From assembly GCA_964016885.1 (NCBI GenBank), contig OZ024743.1, positions 155,992,001 through 156,056,000 of the forward strand: a stretch of 64,000 nucleotides of DNA, in the 5' to 3' direction. This DNA comes from Eledone cirrhosa. Taxonomy: Eukaryota. Numbering within the stretch: position 1 is the stretch's first letter; every line of letters starts with the position of its first letter. The position numbers and the translations under genes were made by a program. The notes under the pieces are model-generated. The model was not told where the DNA came from. It ran no database searches and worked only from the letters and a program-made list of their open reading frames with translations. Shown here piece after piece: positions 1-13,830 of this stretch.

Positions 1-22
1 TCAGCATTTTCTATTCCGTTTA

Positions 23-70
<48 letters not shown>

Positions 71-443
71 CACATACATACAGCATACACATACATACAC
101 CTAACTAGATACACACATACACACACACACATATATATATAAAATTCTACATGCATACGCACACGGATGGCCATATGCATATTTGCTTACTCACACGTGC
201 TTCCACATATACATATATAAACAAAACCGTAAAAGAAATATACAATATATAATAAAATATACAATATACAAGAAAATAACAATGAAATAACATAACATAA
301 AATAACAATATAGTATACAATATAATATACATATATATAACATATTCATACATACATATATATATATATACAATGGATATATATTAAAATAATAGATAAT
401 AAAATGAATGTATAATCCATCCGTACACATTCCTCTGCGATGT

Positions 444-516
<73 letters not shown>

Positions 517-1328
517 CATATAAATTCACAAACATATAGAGACCCACATATACATACATACGCGCGCACACATATATATACATACGAACCAACATACACA
601 CATATATTCATACACAGCTATACATATATACATATATATATATACACACATCCACATATGTACATACATGTACATGCATGCACACACACACGTATAAGCT
701 CATGCATATACGTACACATGCACACATACATACCCCCATACACACACACGTATATATATCTCTTCATACACACACACATACATATACATACGAACAGGTC
801 TACACAGAAAAAACCCACATATAAACACAATAAGATAATAAAATAAAATTAATTAATTTACCATATGTTAAAATACATTAAAATATGTATGTAACTTCAC
901 AAAGGGATAAATAAAGGGGCGGTGGGTACAGGAGAAGGTGAGTGTATCCATGTGATAAACTACACACATGTAGTATGATGTACAAACTTTAGGTCCGTAT
1001 ATGGAACAAGTAACAATAACAAAACAATAACAACAGTAATAATAATTGTTATAAAGTGGAACATGTGGAGAGTATATATTCACGATTGACGGGGCACACA
1101 TTCAAGGGGACGCTAGACCTGCTCACCATGAGTATGCCACCGTGGTTGGGGTGTGCTGTTCTATATGTTTGGGGTATTTGTCTGGACGACTGTGGACTCC
1201 GTATTAGCCGGTCCCGGCATAGGCGATGCACCTGCCCAATGTTGCGTGCTCGGTCAGGTGTGCACCCTGGTTTACTTATATTTGCCACACGGGTCGCACA
1301 ATGTCATCAGGGCATGGTGACAGGTCCC

Positions 1329-2095
1329 TTAAACCCGTTCGGCCGCATGAGTCTGTGCGTACCCGGTCCCATGCGCCTGGCCTGTGCCACCCAGAGGATT
1401 CCATGTTGCAAGTGTGCATCTTCTCTGGTGACTGCAGATTATGATAATTTCAGACTTCAGGTTGGCCGCGTCATCTTCCAGTCTGACTACCTCCTCCATG
1501 GCCTCGTGTAGGCATAATCGGCACTTTCTACTTCCAGCCGAATATACCTTCGCATGGCGAACGATATTCCATTCCAGGGCGTACGGAGTGCCTTGGTCTT
1601 TCAGGTCACACACCAGGTCCGCTAACCTAGTGGAGTGTCTTTTGCTACGGTTCCCGAAGGAATTCAAGTGATTATATATCTGCGATTTAAAGGTCGTGGA
1701 TGTTGCGCCGATGTAGGTGCGATGCGCATTTTGGGTTGTAAACACGCATTTATATATCAGGTCCTTCGTCAGGCATTTTCCCTGCGGAGGAGAAGGCACT
1801 GGGTGCCCGCTCTGCAGTTTCAAGTTATGTTGTCAGTTCTTTCGCATCTGATGTGTGTGTGTATATGTGGGTACATACTCAGAGTGTGAACAGACGTGTG
1901 AGATACCGAACCCGGCATGGCTCCATTGAAGAGTGTTGGACGGAAAATGGTTAATGACCCGTGTAGCAGTAAATAGTGATCAGAACTTAAGATGACATAG
2001 AATAACAACAGCCAATGGCATGAGAGAAGTGGAAGATGTTTTTTGAAGGTGTTTTTTTACGATAACACCCCAGTGAGAAAATTTGCTCTGAACGA
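1329..2095 (-). mobile_element. Penelope-like retroelement fragment: C-terminal GIY-YIG endonuclease plus decayed upstream linker
   Basis: ORF 1329-1823 has GKCL..LIYKC..TYIGAT.TTFK..IYNH..SF..HST.L..W.I..CRLCL.E..NLKSEI..CSH, typical of a PLE GIY-YIG domain; the upstream xNCR..C motif is in another frame (frameshifted). Confidence 0.85.
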
Positions 2096-2154
2096 ACTGC
2101 CCGTGTCCGCAGGAACCAGCAGCCGTAGAATCAGCCAGATCCATACAGTTATCA

Positions 2155-2190
2155 TGTCTCGAGCTACCTGCCGGCGAAACAATTGTAACA
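2155..2190 (+). ncRNA. Degenerate minimal hammerhead motif, inverted relative to the adjacent PLE ORF
   Basis: tgt-CTCGA(damaged core)-gct..ggc-GAAAC-aatt-GTA-aca, followed by AATAAA. Confidence 0.45.
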
Positions 2191-2239
2191 CGCAATAAAC
2201 TGAGTCCAGATGCATCACTGATTTCTCGTTTTGTTAATG

Positions 2240-2273
<34 letters not shown>

Positions 2274-2275
2274 TC

Positions 2276-3210
2276 AGTCATCTTACCAGAAGCCTAATAT
2301 TATTTGTCTAAGCGGACTGTACTTGATTTAGGAGTCGCAGAAACCCAAATGCTGGATTTTACCAACAATCCAAGGGTCCGGGTAAATTTGTTCAATCACA
2401 TATTTTTTATTTGTTTGACCCGAAATACTTGGTCGTTTTTATTGCTGTGCGGATGACGGTTTCACCATCGTCTCAGTGTGTTTGGCCTTTGACGTATGTT
2501 GTAGCTCTGGTTCGTCAGAATTATTGAGCGCTTGCCACACATTGGAAGTTGTTTTGTGCTATTTCCAAAGCCGAAATACGATTCTCGCTAATTTATATTT
2601 GTATTAATCTCCAGAGTCTAGCTATTGACCAATTAATTTCCTTGATGTTTTTTGGTTGATTCTATTGACTGATGAATAGCTTTTGTTAATTGTTAATCAT
2701 TCGTTTTGTGATATTTTGCATTTTTGCAATAATATACACATACTGAATTTTATCCGCCAAAAATAAGGTTTACCTCCCTTGTCGAGGCCCACGTGGGTAT
2801 CGGCAACGGTCATTCTTTGCCTGGCACTTGAAATAAAACCTGTTGAGAAAGTGACTTCCTTGTTCAATCATCTTACCAGAAGCCTAACATTATTTGTCTA
2901 AGCAGAGAGTACTTGATTTAGGAGTCGCAGTAACCCAAATGATGGATTTTGCCAACCATCCAGGGGTCCAGGTAAATTTTTTCAATAACATTTTTTAAAT
3001 ATTTTTATATTTTTTTTATTTGTTAGACCCGAATTACTTGGTCGTTTCTGTGGCTATGGGGATGACGGTTTAACCATCGTCTCAGTGTGTTTGGCCTTTA
3101 ACGTATGTTGTGTCTCTGGTTCGTCAGAATTATTGAGCGCTTGCCACACATCTCGGAAGTTGTTTTTAGCTAATTCCAAAGCCGAAATACGATTCTCGCC
3201 AATTTATATT
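2276..3210. repeat. Diverged direct duplication (~340 bp units at ~2276-2610 and ~2866-3210) between (TA)n tracts
   Basis: Both units run from tcatcttaccagaagcctaa to gccgaaatacgattctcgc; the minus strand has decayed coding-like sequence (RISALE..). Confidence 0.8.
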
Positions 3211-3295
<85 letters not shown>

Positions 3296-3718
3296 TTATA
3301 ATATCATATTGTGTTTAGGTATAATCATAAAACACTCACACCGAAACATCACCAACACGCTTTATCTTATAATATATACCATCATTCCTGTGCATTACGC
3401 CTACTTGTAGGAAATGAAAATTGACATCAAATGCGTTATATATAAAGTATAATATATTTCAATGCCTCTATGTTCTTCATTTTGATGTCGATCGACGTTT
3501 TACAATCACGAGAATTAAAAACGCCTTCAAGCGAAATTTGATTCATAAACGTGTATATGCCATACTTATAATCAAATGATTATCTTAAACTTTCTAACTG
3601 TTAAAACATTTATTTTAGTAGTTTTCACTAGTTTTCAAACAAACGACATAGCCTGAAACCACTATGCACATATTTTCACGCGATTAACCACGCATCCGCA
3701 CCTTCACATCCATAAGCT

Positions 3719-4156
<438 letters not shown>

Positions 4157-4362
4157 TAACTGTGAGTGATAACATTTCTTATTTTTCATTTTTATTTTTA
4201 TTTTTATTTTTATTCTTATTTTAATGTTTATTTTTATTTCACTCTTTTCTTATGTTACTCCTTTTACTTTACTCTTTAAACTCCTCCCAACTTATGGTAT
4301 CCCCACATATATTCTTCTGTTTTGGCTTTGTCAATGCTTGTATACTATGTATTTACTCTTTA

Positions 4363-4408
4363 TGCTCTGAAGAGTACCACTTCTAGTGTGGACGAAACAC
4401 TGTTAGCA
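4363..4408 (+). ncRNA. Minimal type I hammerhead ribozyme (PLE-type), near intact
   Basis: tgct-CTGAAGA-gt(a)ccac/gtggac-GAA-aca-c-tgt-T-agca; helix I tgct/agca; predicted GUU cleavage after 4404. Confidence 0.75.
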
Positions 4409-4535
4409 ATTAAAGATATACCTATGTTCTAAGCGCTCTCTGTGGTTAATTGTATTACGGCTCTGTCCTCTGACATTGAGCTAACCATATACTGTCTATT
4501 TGATAAGTGGAGTGTTACACACTCCCAATTCTCTC

Positions 4536-4943
<408 letters not shown>

Positions 4944-5004
4944 TATATATATATATATTAAGTAACAGGGGGCTGGACTGGTGTAATTCCTTAAAAAGTT
5001 TATT

Positions 5005-5062
5005 ATACTATGATCATTTCAGTGATCGGGTTCAGTATGAATCCGGTGACATCACCAGGTAT
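5005..5062 (-). ncRNA. Degenerate hammerhead with palindromic helix III
   Basis: Minus strand: tac-CTGGTGA-long imperfect helix II-GAA-atgatcat-A-gta. Confidence 0.55.
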
Positions 5063-5132
5063 TCAAAATATAACAAAAGAATATAATAGACACAATCCAT
5101 GGGGCTGAAAATCAGAGACATGAGGCGAGTGC

Positions 5133-5180
5133 TAAGCTCTGATAAATACCAACTGTATGAAACAGAGATCTGTCGGCTTA
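5133..5180 (+). ncRNA. Hammerhead motif with one core substitution
   Basis: taagct-CTGATAA-atac/gtat-GAA-acaga/tctgt-C-ggctta; the downstream tail (tgacatagtcactactttaaaac) is shared with the 29.04 kb element. Confidence 0.7.
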
Positions 5181-5303
5181 TCCCCCGTTGTTTGTTGAAA
5201 AAAGAAGTAAGTGACATAGTCACTACTTTAAAACAATAGCGTAAGGTCTTCAAAATGTTGTTAATTAAGCTTACGGTGTATTGCCAAATATACTATATAT
5301 ACA

Positions 5304-5376
<73 letters not shown>

Positions 5377-5460
5377 AAATATATATATATACACACACAC
5401 ACACAGACATATATATATGTATATATATATATTAATTAAAATAACAGACTAAAGTTTAAG

Positions 5461-5500
5461 CAAATAATCTCTGCTTTCACCCTTAACGGGATCTTCTGAA
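5461..5500 (-). ncRNA. Degenerate hammerhead-like motif; second copy at 38465-38506 (+)
   Basis: The copies read (ca/gt)GAAGA-tcccgttaag(g/t)gt-GAAAG, consensus CTGAAGA, and share the tail ctgttattttaat before (TA)n. Confidence 0.45.
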
Positions 5501-5576
5501 ACTAACAAGGTCAATCTGTGAACGCAGAAGTGAATATTTCAAAAAACGTTGCAACCTGAGGAAAACAGTAAGGCGA

Positions 5577-5630
<54 letters not shown>

Positions 5631-5905
5631 ACACTTGTAATATTTTTGTAAAATAATGAGGGTGGGAGCCACTTTAATTAGTACAGTTTCTGTTTACCAT
5701 TTTATTTCCTGCGATTCATAAATCTCGCCCATTTCTCTCTCCATATATATGGAATTTGGAAGGAATATCTGATACTTAATGTTAGTTAATTAAATTAACT
5801 AGCAGAATAACCGCCTTTCGACCGGTTTTCTGCTAGCTTATGTAGTGTGTATATTGGTATTATACCCAAATATGTATCTGTAAATTGAAAACTAAATTGA
5901 CAATA

Positions 5906-6560
5906 TCTTCTTCATCACCCACTTATTTAAGAGAGGGTCGTGGGGGCATGTTCTTCTCTAACACTCCTTCCAGCGAGTCTGTCAGATGCAAACATCTCTA
6001 CCTGATCCAGCTGTATCCCAAAGTGTGACCAGCCAAGCTCATGGGTGTTATCCAACTGTCTTGCTCAGGGTCTTCCTCTGGATCTCCTGACGGTTGGTTT
6101 TGCCTGTAAAATGAGTCCAGCGATTCTTTACTGAGACATTCTAATCACATTCTCATAATATCGGAGTTGTGATCTCTCAATTCAGAGTAGCGGCTCTACT
6201 AGGAGTGACTGTCTGGTCTCTGAGCTATGCACTTTATCGCGTACCGTTACTCCAAAGACCCTTCCGAGGAATCCCATTTCTGCCACTTTTATTTAGACTT
6301 GTATTATTTTGGTCATTACTCAAGATTCACGATCCTCAGTAAGAGTTGGCAGGAATACCAGGAAAACGGCGAGTTTGGCTTTTACACCTAGCCCCTTCTG
6401 TTGATTGCTGAATGCTGAGGCTGGCGTATTACTGCATCAGCTTTTGCAATTATTGCACTTAATCCAACCTCCTGCATTCCATCACTCATGAACACGGCTT
6501 CAAGATACTTGAACTTCTCTAACTGCTTCAGTAGAAGTCCATTAACATGTATATAAATTT
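5906..6560 (-). pseudogene. RTE-clade LINE 3' RT fragment (copy 1)
   Basis: LKQLEKFKYL..SDG..IAKA..AEMGFL.RVFGVT.RDKV..IERSQLRY..RGRP, with stops and frameshifts. Confidence 0.8.
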
Positions 6561-6689
6561 GAGGAATTTCTCTCCACCCGTCCATAAAACAATGTGTTTG
6601 CGTGTTTGTGTGAATGTATGTGTGTGTAAAAACAGTGACACACATACACACACACACGTCTCTAATTTAAGAACGCCAACAAATTCGCT

Positions 6690-7165
6690 CGTGCACATAT
6701 ACACACTGTCCTATTGCCACTCAAGAGCTTCGACCCGATTAAACATCACCTCAATTTTGGAACTGTTTCGGTTGTCCATACGTTGATGGGAAAAGACTTG
6801 ACGGTGTTACTCTGTGCTCCTGGTCAAGAGGCAGGTGCCTAATTTGGGACGTCACAGTTAGTGACTCCTTTGCTTCTTCCCACATCCTGGATGCAGCGGT
6901 AAGGGCGAGAGCTACATCATCCGCAGCTGAACGGAACAAAATCCTAAATTACCGTGTTCTGTCACCTAACTACATTATTCAGCCCGTGGCTTCCAAACGT
7001 TTGGGGGAGTCGGGCTACTGACAGCGAGGTTCTTATCTTCACTGGCGGCTCACCAAACAGAGGTAACTGGTGTTGCTCGGGAGGTCACTTGGTTGTTCCA
7101 CCACCTCAGCCTCGCCATCACACCAGGTAACGCTGCGAACGTGCTGGCCTGCCTCAAAAATGATT
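6690..7165 (+). pseudogene. CRE-like LINE restriction-like endonuclease fragment (copy 1)
   Basis: DGKRLDGVTL..WSRGRCLIWDVTVSDSFASSH..AAERNK..Y..QPVA, a PD-(D/E)xK RLE signature. Confidence 0.75.
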
Positions 7166-8041
7166 AGAGATGTTTCACATTGCTCCTCGCTATATTGCTA
7201 TCTTTTGCTCTGTTAGCGTCTCGTTCCCATTCTTTCGCTTGCATATTATTTTATGGGGTCTAAGATGTGGGTATTACGTGCTTGTGTATTTTTTCTCTTT
7301 CTTTTTTTCCTTTCCCTTTCCTTTGTATATCTTATATTTGTTAGTGTTTTCGTTCTGAAATCATTATATGGAATTTTTATACAAATGAATAAAAAAAAAA
7401 AAGAGTTAAACTGTGTTGTTAATATATAAATAAAAAGTTGTATTTCTAACCTCACATTTCCAATTCACCGAACGCTATGAAGACTGTATATATGTGTTTC
7501 TGTAAATGCATATGTGTGAATGCGTGTTTGTGCGAATGTATGTATGTGTTTGTGTGAAAGTATGTGTATTTGTGTGAATAGTGACTCTTGCTTCTTCCCA
7601 CATCCTGGATGTAGAGGTAAGGGTGAAAGCTACAGCATATATATTATATTTGTTTGTGTTTTCGTTCTGTAAGCATTATATACATTTTTTATATAAATGA
7701 GTTTTTTTTTTAAAGTAGTTACCTTTGTTTTTAATAAATAAATAAAACATGTGTATTTGTATTCCCCTCCCGTTTCCAATTCACCGAACTCTATCATGAA
7801 TGTATGTGTGTGTTTGTGTAAATGTATGTGTGAATGTTTTTGTGTGAAAGTAGGTGTATTTATCTGAATGTATGTCCGTGAGAGTGTATTTTTATAAGTT
7901 TGTGTTTGAATGATTATAGTTACTAGCAGAAAAACGACCCTTTGGGCGGTTTTCTGCTAGCATATGTAGTGTGCATATTGGTATTATACGCAAATATATA
8001 TGCATATAGATATATGTAAATTGAAAAGTAAATTAACAATA

Positions 8042-8710
8042 TCTTCTTCTTCACCCTCTTATTTCTGAGAGGGTCGTGGGGGCAGAGTCCTTCTCAAACA
8101 ACCCTTCCAGTGAGTCTGTCAGTAGCAAACATCTCTAACTGATCCAGCTGGATCCCAAAGTGTGTCCAGCCAAGCTCATGGATGTTATCCAACTATATTG
8201 CTCAAGGTCTTCCTCTGGGTCTCTTGCCGGTTGGTTTTGCCTGTAAAATGTGTCCAGCGATTCTTTATTGAGACATCCTAACCACATGCTCATAATATCG
8301 GAGTTGTGATCTCTCAATTCAGAGAAGTCACTCCTGGAGTGACTCTCTGGTCTCTGAGTTATGCACTTTATCGAATCATGTTACTCCAAAGACCCTTCGG
8401 AGGAATCCCATTTCTGCCACTTTTATTTGCAATTGCAAATGTATTCTTTTGGTCATTACTCAAGGTTCATGATCCTCAGTAAGAGTTGGCAGGAATACCA
8501 GGAAGACAGCGAATTTGGCTTTTAACCCCCCAACCCCCCTCCTTCATCTGATTATTGAGACTGGCGCTGTACTGCATCAGCTTTTGCAATTCTTGCACTT
8601 AATTCAATCTCCTGCATTCCATCACTCATACTTAAGTTACGGCTCCGAGATACTTAAACTTCTCTAACTGCTTCAGTAGAACTCCATTCACATGCATATA
8701 ACTTTCAGGG
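8042..8710 (-). pseudogene. RTE-clade LINE 3' fragment (copy 2)
   Basis: Diverged duplicate of 5906-6560. Confidence 0.8.
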
Positions 8711-8849
8711 ACTCCTGTCCATCTGTCCTTCATGCAAAGTGTATGTGTGAATGTATGTGTGTGTAAAAGGAAGGAAAGGGATACACACATATAGGTCTCT
8801 AACTTGACACACGTGTCTCTAATTTAAGAACGCCGACAAACTCGTGCGT

Positions 8850-9320
8850 GCACATACACACACTGTCCTATTGCCACTCAAGAGCTTTGGCCTGAGCAAA
8901 CAGCCCCTAAATGTTGGAACCATCTGGGTTGTCCTGAATTGTTGAGAAACTTAACGGTCTTACTCTCTGCTCCTGGTCAAGAGGCAGGTGCCTTACCTGG
9001 GACGTCACAGTTAATGACTCTTTTGCGTCTACCCATATTCTGGGTGCAGTGGTAAGGGCGAGAACTACAGCATCCGCAGCTGAACGGAATGAAATCCTAA
9101 AATACCGTGTTCTGTCAGCTAACTGCATTATCCAGCCTGTGGCGTTCGAGACGTTCGGGGGAGTCGGGCTACTGACAGCGAGGTTCTTGTCTTCTCTGGC
9201 GGCTCGCCAAACAGAAGTAACTGGTGATGCTCGTGAGGGCACTTGGTTGTTCCAGCACCTCATCCGCGCCATCACCCCTCGTAAACCCTGCGGTCGTGTT
9301 GAGCTGCCTCAGAAATTATT
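8850..9320 (+). pseudogene. CRE-like RLE fragment (copy 2)
   Basis: WSRGRCLTWDVTVNDSF..AAERNEILKY..QPVAFETFGGVG in and around ORF 9049-9393. Confidence 0.75.
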
Positions 9321-10949
9321 AGAAGGGTTTCCTAGTGCTCCTCGCTATATTGCTATATTTTGCTGTGGTTGCGGCTCGTTAATAAATAAATAAGACGTTA
9401 TACTTCTTTTACCCTCCCATCTCCAATTAACCCGAACGCTATCGAGACTGTATGTGTGTTTTTGTGTGAATGTATATGTGTGAATATATGTATGTTTGTG
9501 TAAATCAGTGTGTAGAAAGTAATAATCTCTCTATCTCGCTCATCACAAAGTCTCTCTTTCTATATATATGGTAGCTGCAGTGGTGGTGGTGGCGACGATA
9601 TACTGGAAATGCTACTTTGAAAAGAAGTCAATTTGAAATTATTTATTTTTACGAAATCATTTGTGTTTACGAAATTGAGCAGATAAATTAAGCAATATTC
9701 ATTCATTATTTATTCAAAGTAAACCAACTTATATTTACAAACGGGATAAAAAAAAATTAAACCGTACGCAATCCCGCAGACCTTCCTTTATTATAGTTTA
9801 GATATATACTCATACATATAGATGTATGTATGTGCACCATCATACGCGTCAGCGTGTAGAAAGTCATAACCACTCTATCTCTCTCATCACAAACTGTCTC
9901 TTTTTATATATATGGTAGTTGAAGTGGTGGTGGTGGCGACGATATACCAGGAGTCTAGAAATGTGTAACTTTGAAAGGAAGTCAATTTTAAATTATTTAA
10001 AGATACGAACTTTAGTTATGAAATTAGTACATAGATTATGTAATATTCATTTATTATTTAACAAAGTAATCGAACATATTTTACGAACGGGAAAAAAACA
10101 TTTATTCTGGATGCCGTCCCGCACTTCTTACTTTATTATAGTTTAGATATATGCAGCATAACGTACTTCTTCCACATAAATATCCCAATTCATTATTCTT
10201 ATATTCAATATAAACACTTTATTCTCTTACAAACATCTCTGTTTCAATATATAGAGCTTTCTTTTCCCTCTGTCAGTATATATATGATTCTCTGTATGTG
10301 CGTGTGTGTGTGTATGTGTGCGTGTGTGAGTGTATGTGTGTGTGCGTATGTGTGTGTTTGTGTGAGTGAGAGAGAGAGAGGGTGTGTGTGTGTATTCATT
10401 GAGTAAGCACAACCTGAACGGATCCTGGAAATATGTCGTTATGCCAGATATCCGCATTAAACCCGCTTTCTTCATCATGAACTGAGCTCTAGATACCCAA
10501 ATGAAAGGATCACATACTTAGCGAATAAAATATGGTAACCCAATGACATGAACATAAACCTATCCATCATATAGAATATATTGGATGAATCTCCACCAGG
10601 TATATATGGAGTCAAGTTTGCAGATTATGCAATGATGAGAACTGGTGGACAAAAAAACAATAGAACGCTGAACACTCGGATGGAATTATTCTCCCGATGC
10701 GCGCAAGCATCTATACACCTTTAAAAAACCTGGTTTCTTCAATATTTAATTTTAATGTATATTTTCCCCAGAAAATCTATTTTAACATTCAGTAATTTAG
10801 CAGTTTATGTCTATCGGTACAGATGTTAACAATTAGGCCCTCCGGTTCAAAGAAACATACGTTTCTGTTACGATGCCATTGTACTGGATGGCCTCAATAA
10901 TTATGTTAAAACTCGTCCTATACCTAGAATATATTTAGCAAATTATTGC

Positions 10950-11025
<76 letters not shown>

Positions 11026-12590
11026 AGACAGGAGAGAGAGCCGTGTGTGTGTGAGTATGTGCGCCGTGCGTATGCCGTGCGTATGCCGTGCGTGTGCCGT
11101 GCGTGAATCTCGCATATTCGGATTTACGATACGCTGAGGAGACAAATATATAAAATGTAAGTTACTAAAGCGCACCATGTAACTGCAAGTTCTGTTAGTG
11201 ACTATATAATATGGTATGAAAGTCGACTAAAGATACTTATAGACTGAAAATTGTGCCAGGGTCCGCTACAAATTATCGAACGTTTCACTTTCAAAATACA
11301 GGTTTGGTGCTATCACTGTCTAAATTACAGAGCTGTATCACACATTTTCTGAAAATGTATACAAACGCGAACTTGTGAACGCGATGTAATATGTAAAACG
11401 CGATGATGATATATATATATATATATACATAAGATGTTGTGTGATAAAGCGCAGAAAATAAATTCAATTACAGTCTGTTGCCACCTACGTATGCCTATAC
11501 TTCCTCCTACCTCGGCTGATGTTATCTGCTTTTCGTAACACACTGCATCTTCCGGAGACACTCGACGTAGTCCGTTGAATTAGGAACGATAATCAAGCAC
11601 TGTTTCTGCTCCATCATTTTCCACGAACAGTTGTGTATAATGCCGCTGATAAGTTACCCCTATGAGCGAGCGCATATCTCGCTTAGTCAATGACCGAACA
11701 GTTGCCTTCATGACATATTGCCCGTCTTCTCGTGTTAGGTCCATGGAAATGCTATATTCACTCCTGTCTATGATCACGTACTTTAACTCACACAATGCAA
11801 CAATCGTGTTTCGCATTCAAGAAATGTTCTAGTGATATTCTTACGGCTAGCATGTCGGCATCATTGCCCCTCATACTTGCCTATTAACTACTCCTCTAAT
11901 CTATTTGGTTTTCGCATTGCTACTTCTTAACTAAAATCTGTTGGTACGAGTGCAATTGCTCGCTCGAGAGAGCGTACCACTCCCTGGCATTGACGATTGC
12001 ATGTCAACCGGTGCTTATCTAGTCTACTAATTTATTCCCTGTAGCTCTGATGTACCAGGGACGACAATTTAAACATCAGTAATTGAGTCACTGCCTACGT
12101 GTTCTATTGCGCTCGACCATGCAGATCACCAATTTAAGTCTAAGTAGTGAACATTGGAAACATAATCCCTATTAGCTAACCTGAAGAAGAACCTATCTAA
12201 ATACATCTACAATTGCACCATGTCTCCACTGGCGGATACGAGCAATCAATTCGGTACTTGCCAGACAGAAAAACCGTTTCATCTCTTTCTTTATCCTTTT
12301 TACATTCCCCTTGTATAAAGTCCACAACCAGCTCATTTTAAACTCCACAATGCCATTCCATTCCCTCGTTAACGCTAAAGAGCGAGACGTTTTAAGAAAG
12401 GTTTCCAGGTGACTGAAAAAATCCCAACGACCTACTCGGGTTGTGGTATAGCCGGCTACCAGTCTGGAATGCGTGTGTCTCTAAAACCCTAATCTCGCTG
12501 TCATCTATAACCAGGGACCTGATATCATTCAGTGACATTGTTTACAGAATGACACCAGGCAGCCTGCAACTTTGCAACCTAAAACTTAGT

Positions 12591-12603
12591 TTAGTAGTAG
12601 TAA

Positions 12604-12664
<61 letters not shown>

Positions 12665-12665
12665 T

Positions 12666-12699
<34 letters not shown>

Positions 12700-12770
12700 C
12701 AGCAGCACCACCACCGCAACCACCACCACCAACGACAACAACAACACCACCACCAGCAACACCAACAACG
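12591..12770. repeat. (GTA)n and (CCA/CAA)n trinucleotide microsatellite
   Basis: Directly visible. Confidence 0.95.
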
Positions 12771-12809
12771 GTGATGGTGGCAGTGGTGGTTGAGATTAAT
12801 GCTAACGTA

Positions 12810-13830
12810 AGGCGCCGACACCGCCGTCTTGATTGGCGATGTAGACAGCTGCCAGCCCTTGATGGTATTGGCATGCCCTCGACAACAGGCAGCCAACTAC
12901 CACATAAAAAGCCGCCGTGGGAATTACCACCACCAATCCCTGCTACATTTAGCCCGTTGAGCAAATCTATGCCAGTATCACTACAACTTAAAGCGGTACT
13001 GGATCATCTATCAACACTCCCCCCGGTCGACATTTTCGTGTATACAGATGGATCAACATGCGACGGTAAAACCAATGGCGGTGCTGGTCTCATAATCATC
13101 CAAAATGAAGACCTAGTTCACGAGTGGCACGCTCCGACGGGCGCTCGTAGCAGTTTCTTTCATTCCGAAAGAATTGCATTCAAACAAGCCATCCTATGGT
13201 TATAGGCAAACACCAGCTGGGAGTCATCCAATGTCATCTGTGACTGCAAGGATTTGGTTCAAGCAGTCACAACCCCTTCCTCCATGACCATTTCATTACC
13301 GAGCTGCAAGGGATCGCTAACAAAATCACAAAGGAGAGAACCTTAGCAGCTGTCTGGTTGCCGGGGAATGGCAACATGAAATGGAATGACTGGCGGACGC
13401 CCAGGCGAAACAAGGCTCAGCATCTACTCAACTGGAAAGTTCAATTGATGCCGCAACCTGACGCGTCGTTATTCGCCGGGAATTTCGCCCGCCACCGATC
13501 CAGCATCAACGTCTACAATCAGTCTTTAGCCGCCACACAAATGAAGGGACTGAGCAAACTCTCTCCAAAGCAGATACGAACCATCTCGTCCGCTTCCGCA
13601 GTGGACATTACACGTCATTAAGGAAATCAACACATGCCGTCTGTGCAGAGAGGAAGAAGAATCCTCCGAACATCTTTGAATGAGATGTGCGGCCTTGATG
13701 GTGGATTGTTATCAGCACCAACTCGGCTCCAGCATGGATGAACTCATGCGTCTCCCAAACGCCAGTCTATCGCTACTGACGGTAATCCTCAGGCGTCTGC
13801 GGTAAGAAAGAAAACACACAAAAAAAAAGC
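12810..13830 (+). mobile_element. 3' part of an RNase H-encoding LINE (I/Ingi group)
   Basis: PPW..VYTDGS..GGAG..SSFFHSE..ICDCK.LV..VW(L)PG RNase H motifs, then a CRLC..EH..C zinc knuckle, a stop and an A-rich tail. Confidence 0.8.

Larger units (their letters stand above)
5799..10147 (-). mobile_element. Composite non-autonomous Helitron with duplicated termini
   Basis: Minus-strand 5' ends TCTAAACTATAATAAAG at 10147 and 9802; hairpin plus CTAG 3' ends at 7923 and 5799; A|T insertion site; ~2.1 kb internal tandem duplication. Confidence 0.7.

Noticed and set aside
147-846. ORFs rich in YI/CV/HT repeats (also at 3085-4771, 36607, 44874, 46014, 60458)
   Set aside because: Translations of (TA)n and (CA)n microsatellites, not genes.
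2450-2525. Minus-strand CTGACGA-acca..tggt-GAAAC-c-GTC as a hammerhead
   Set aside because: No helix I, GAAA lost in the duplicate copy, and the region reads better as decayed coding sequence.
10410-10660. Possible PLE N-terminal coding remnant
   Set aside because: Only a vague resemblance, with multiple stops.
12441-12800. N-terminal half of the 254 aa ORF (poly-Val/Pro/Thr)
   Set aside because: Microsatellite read in frame by chance with the RNase H fragment; the same applies to poly-Ile in ORF 58371-59141.
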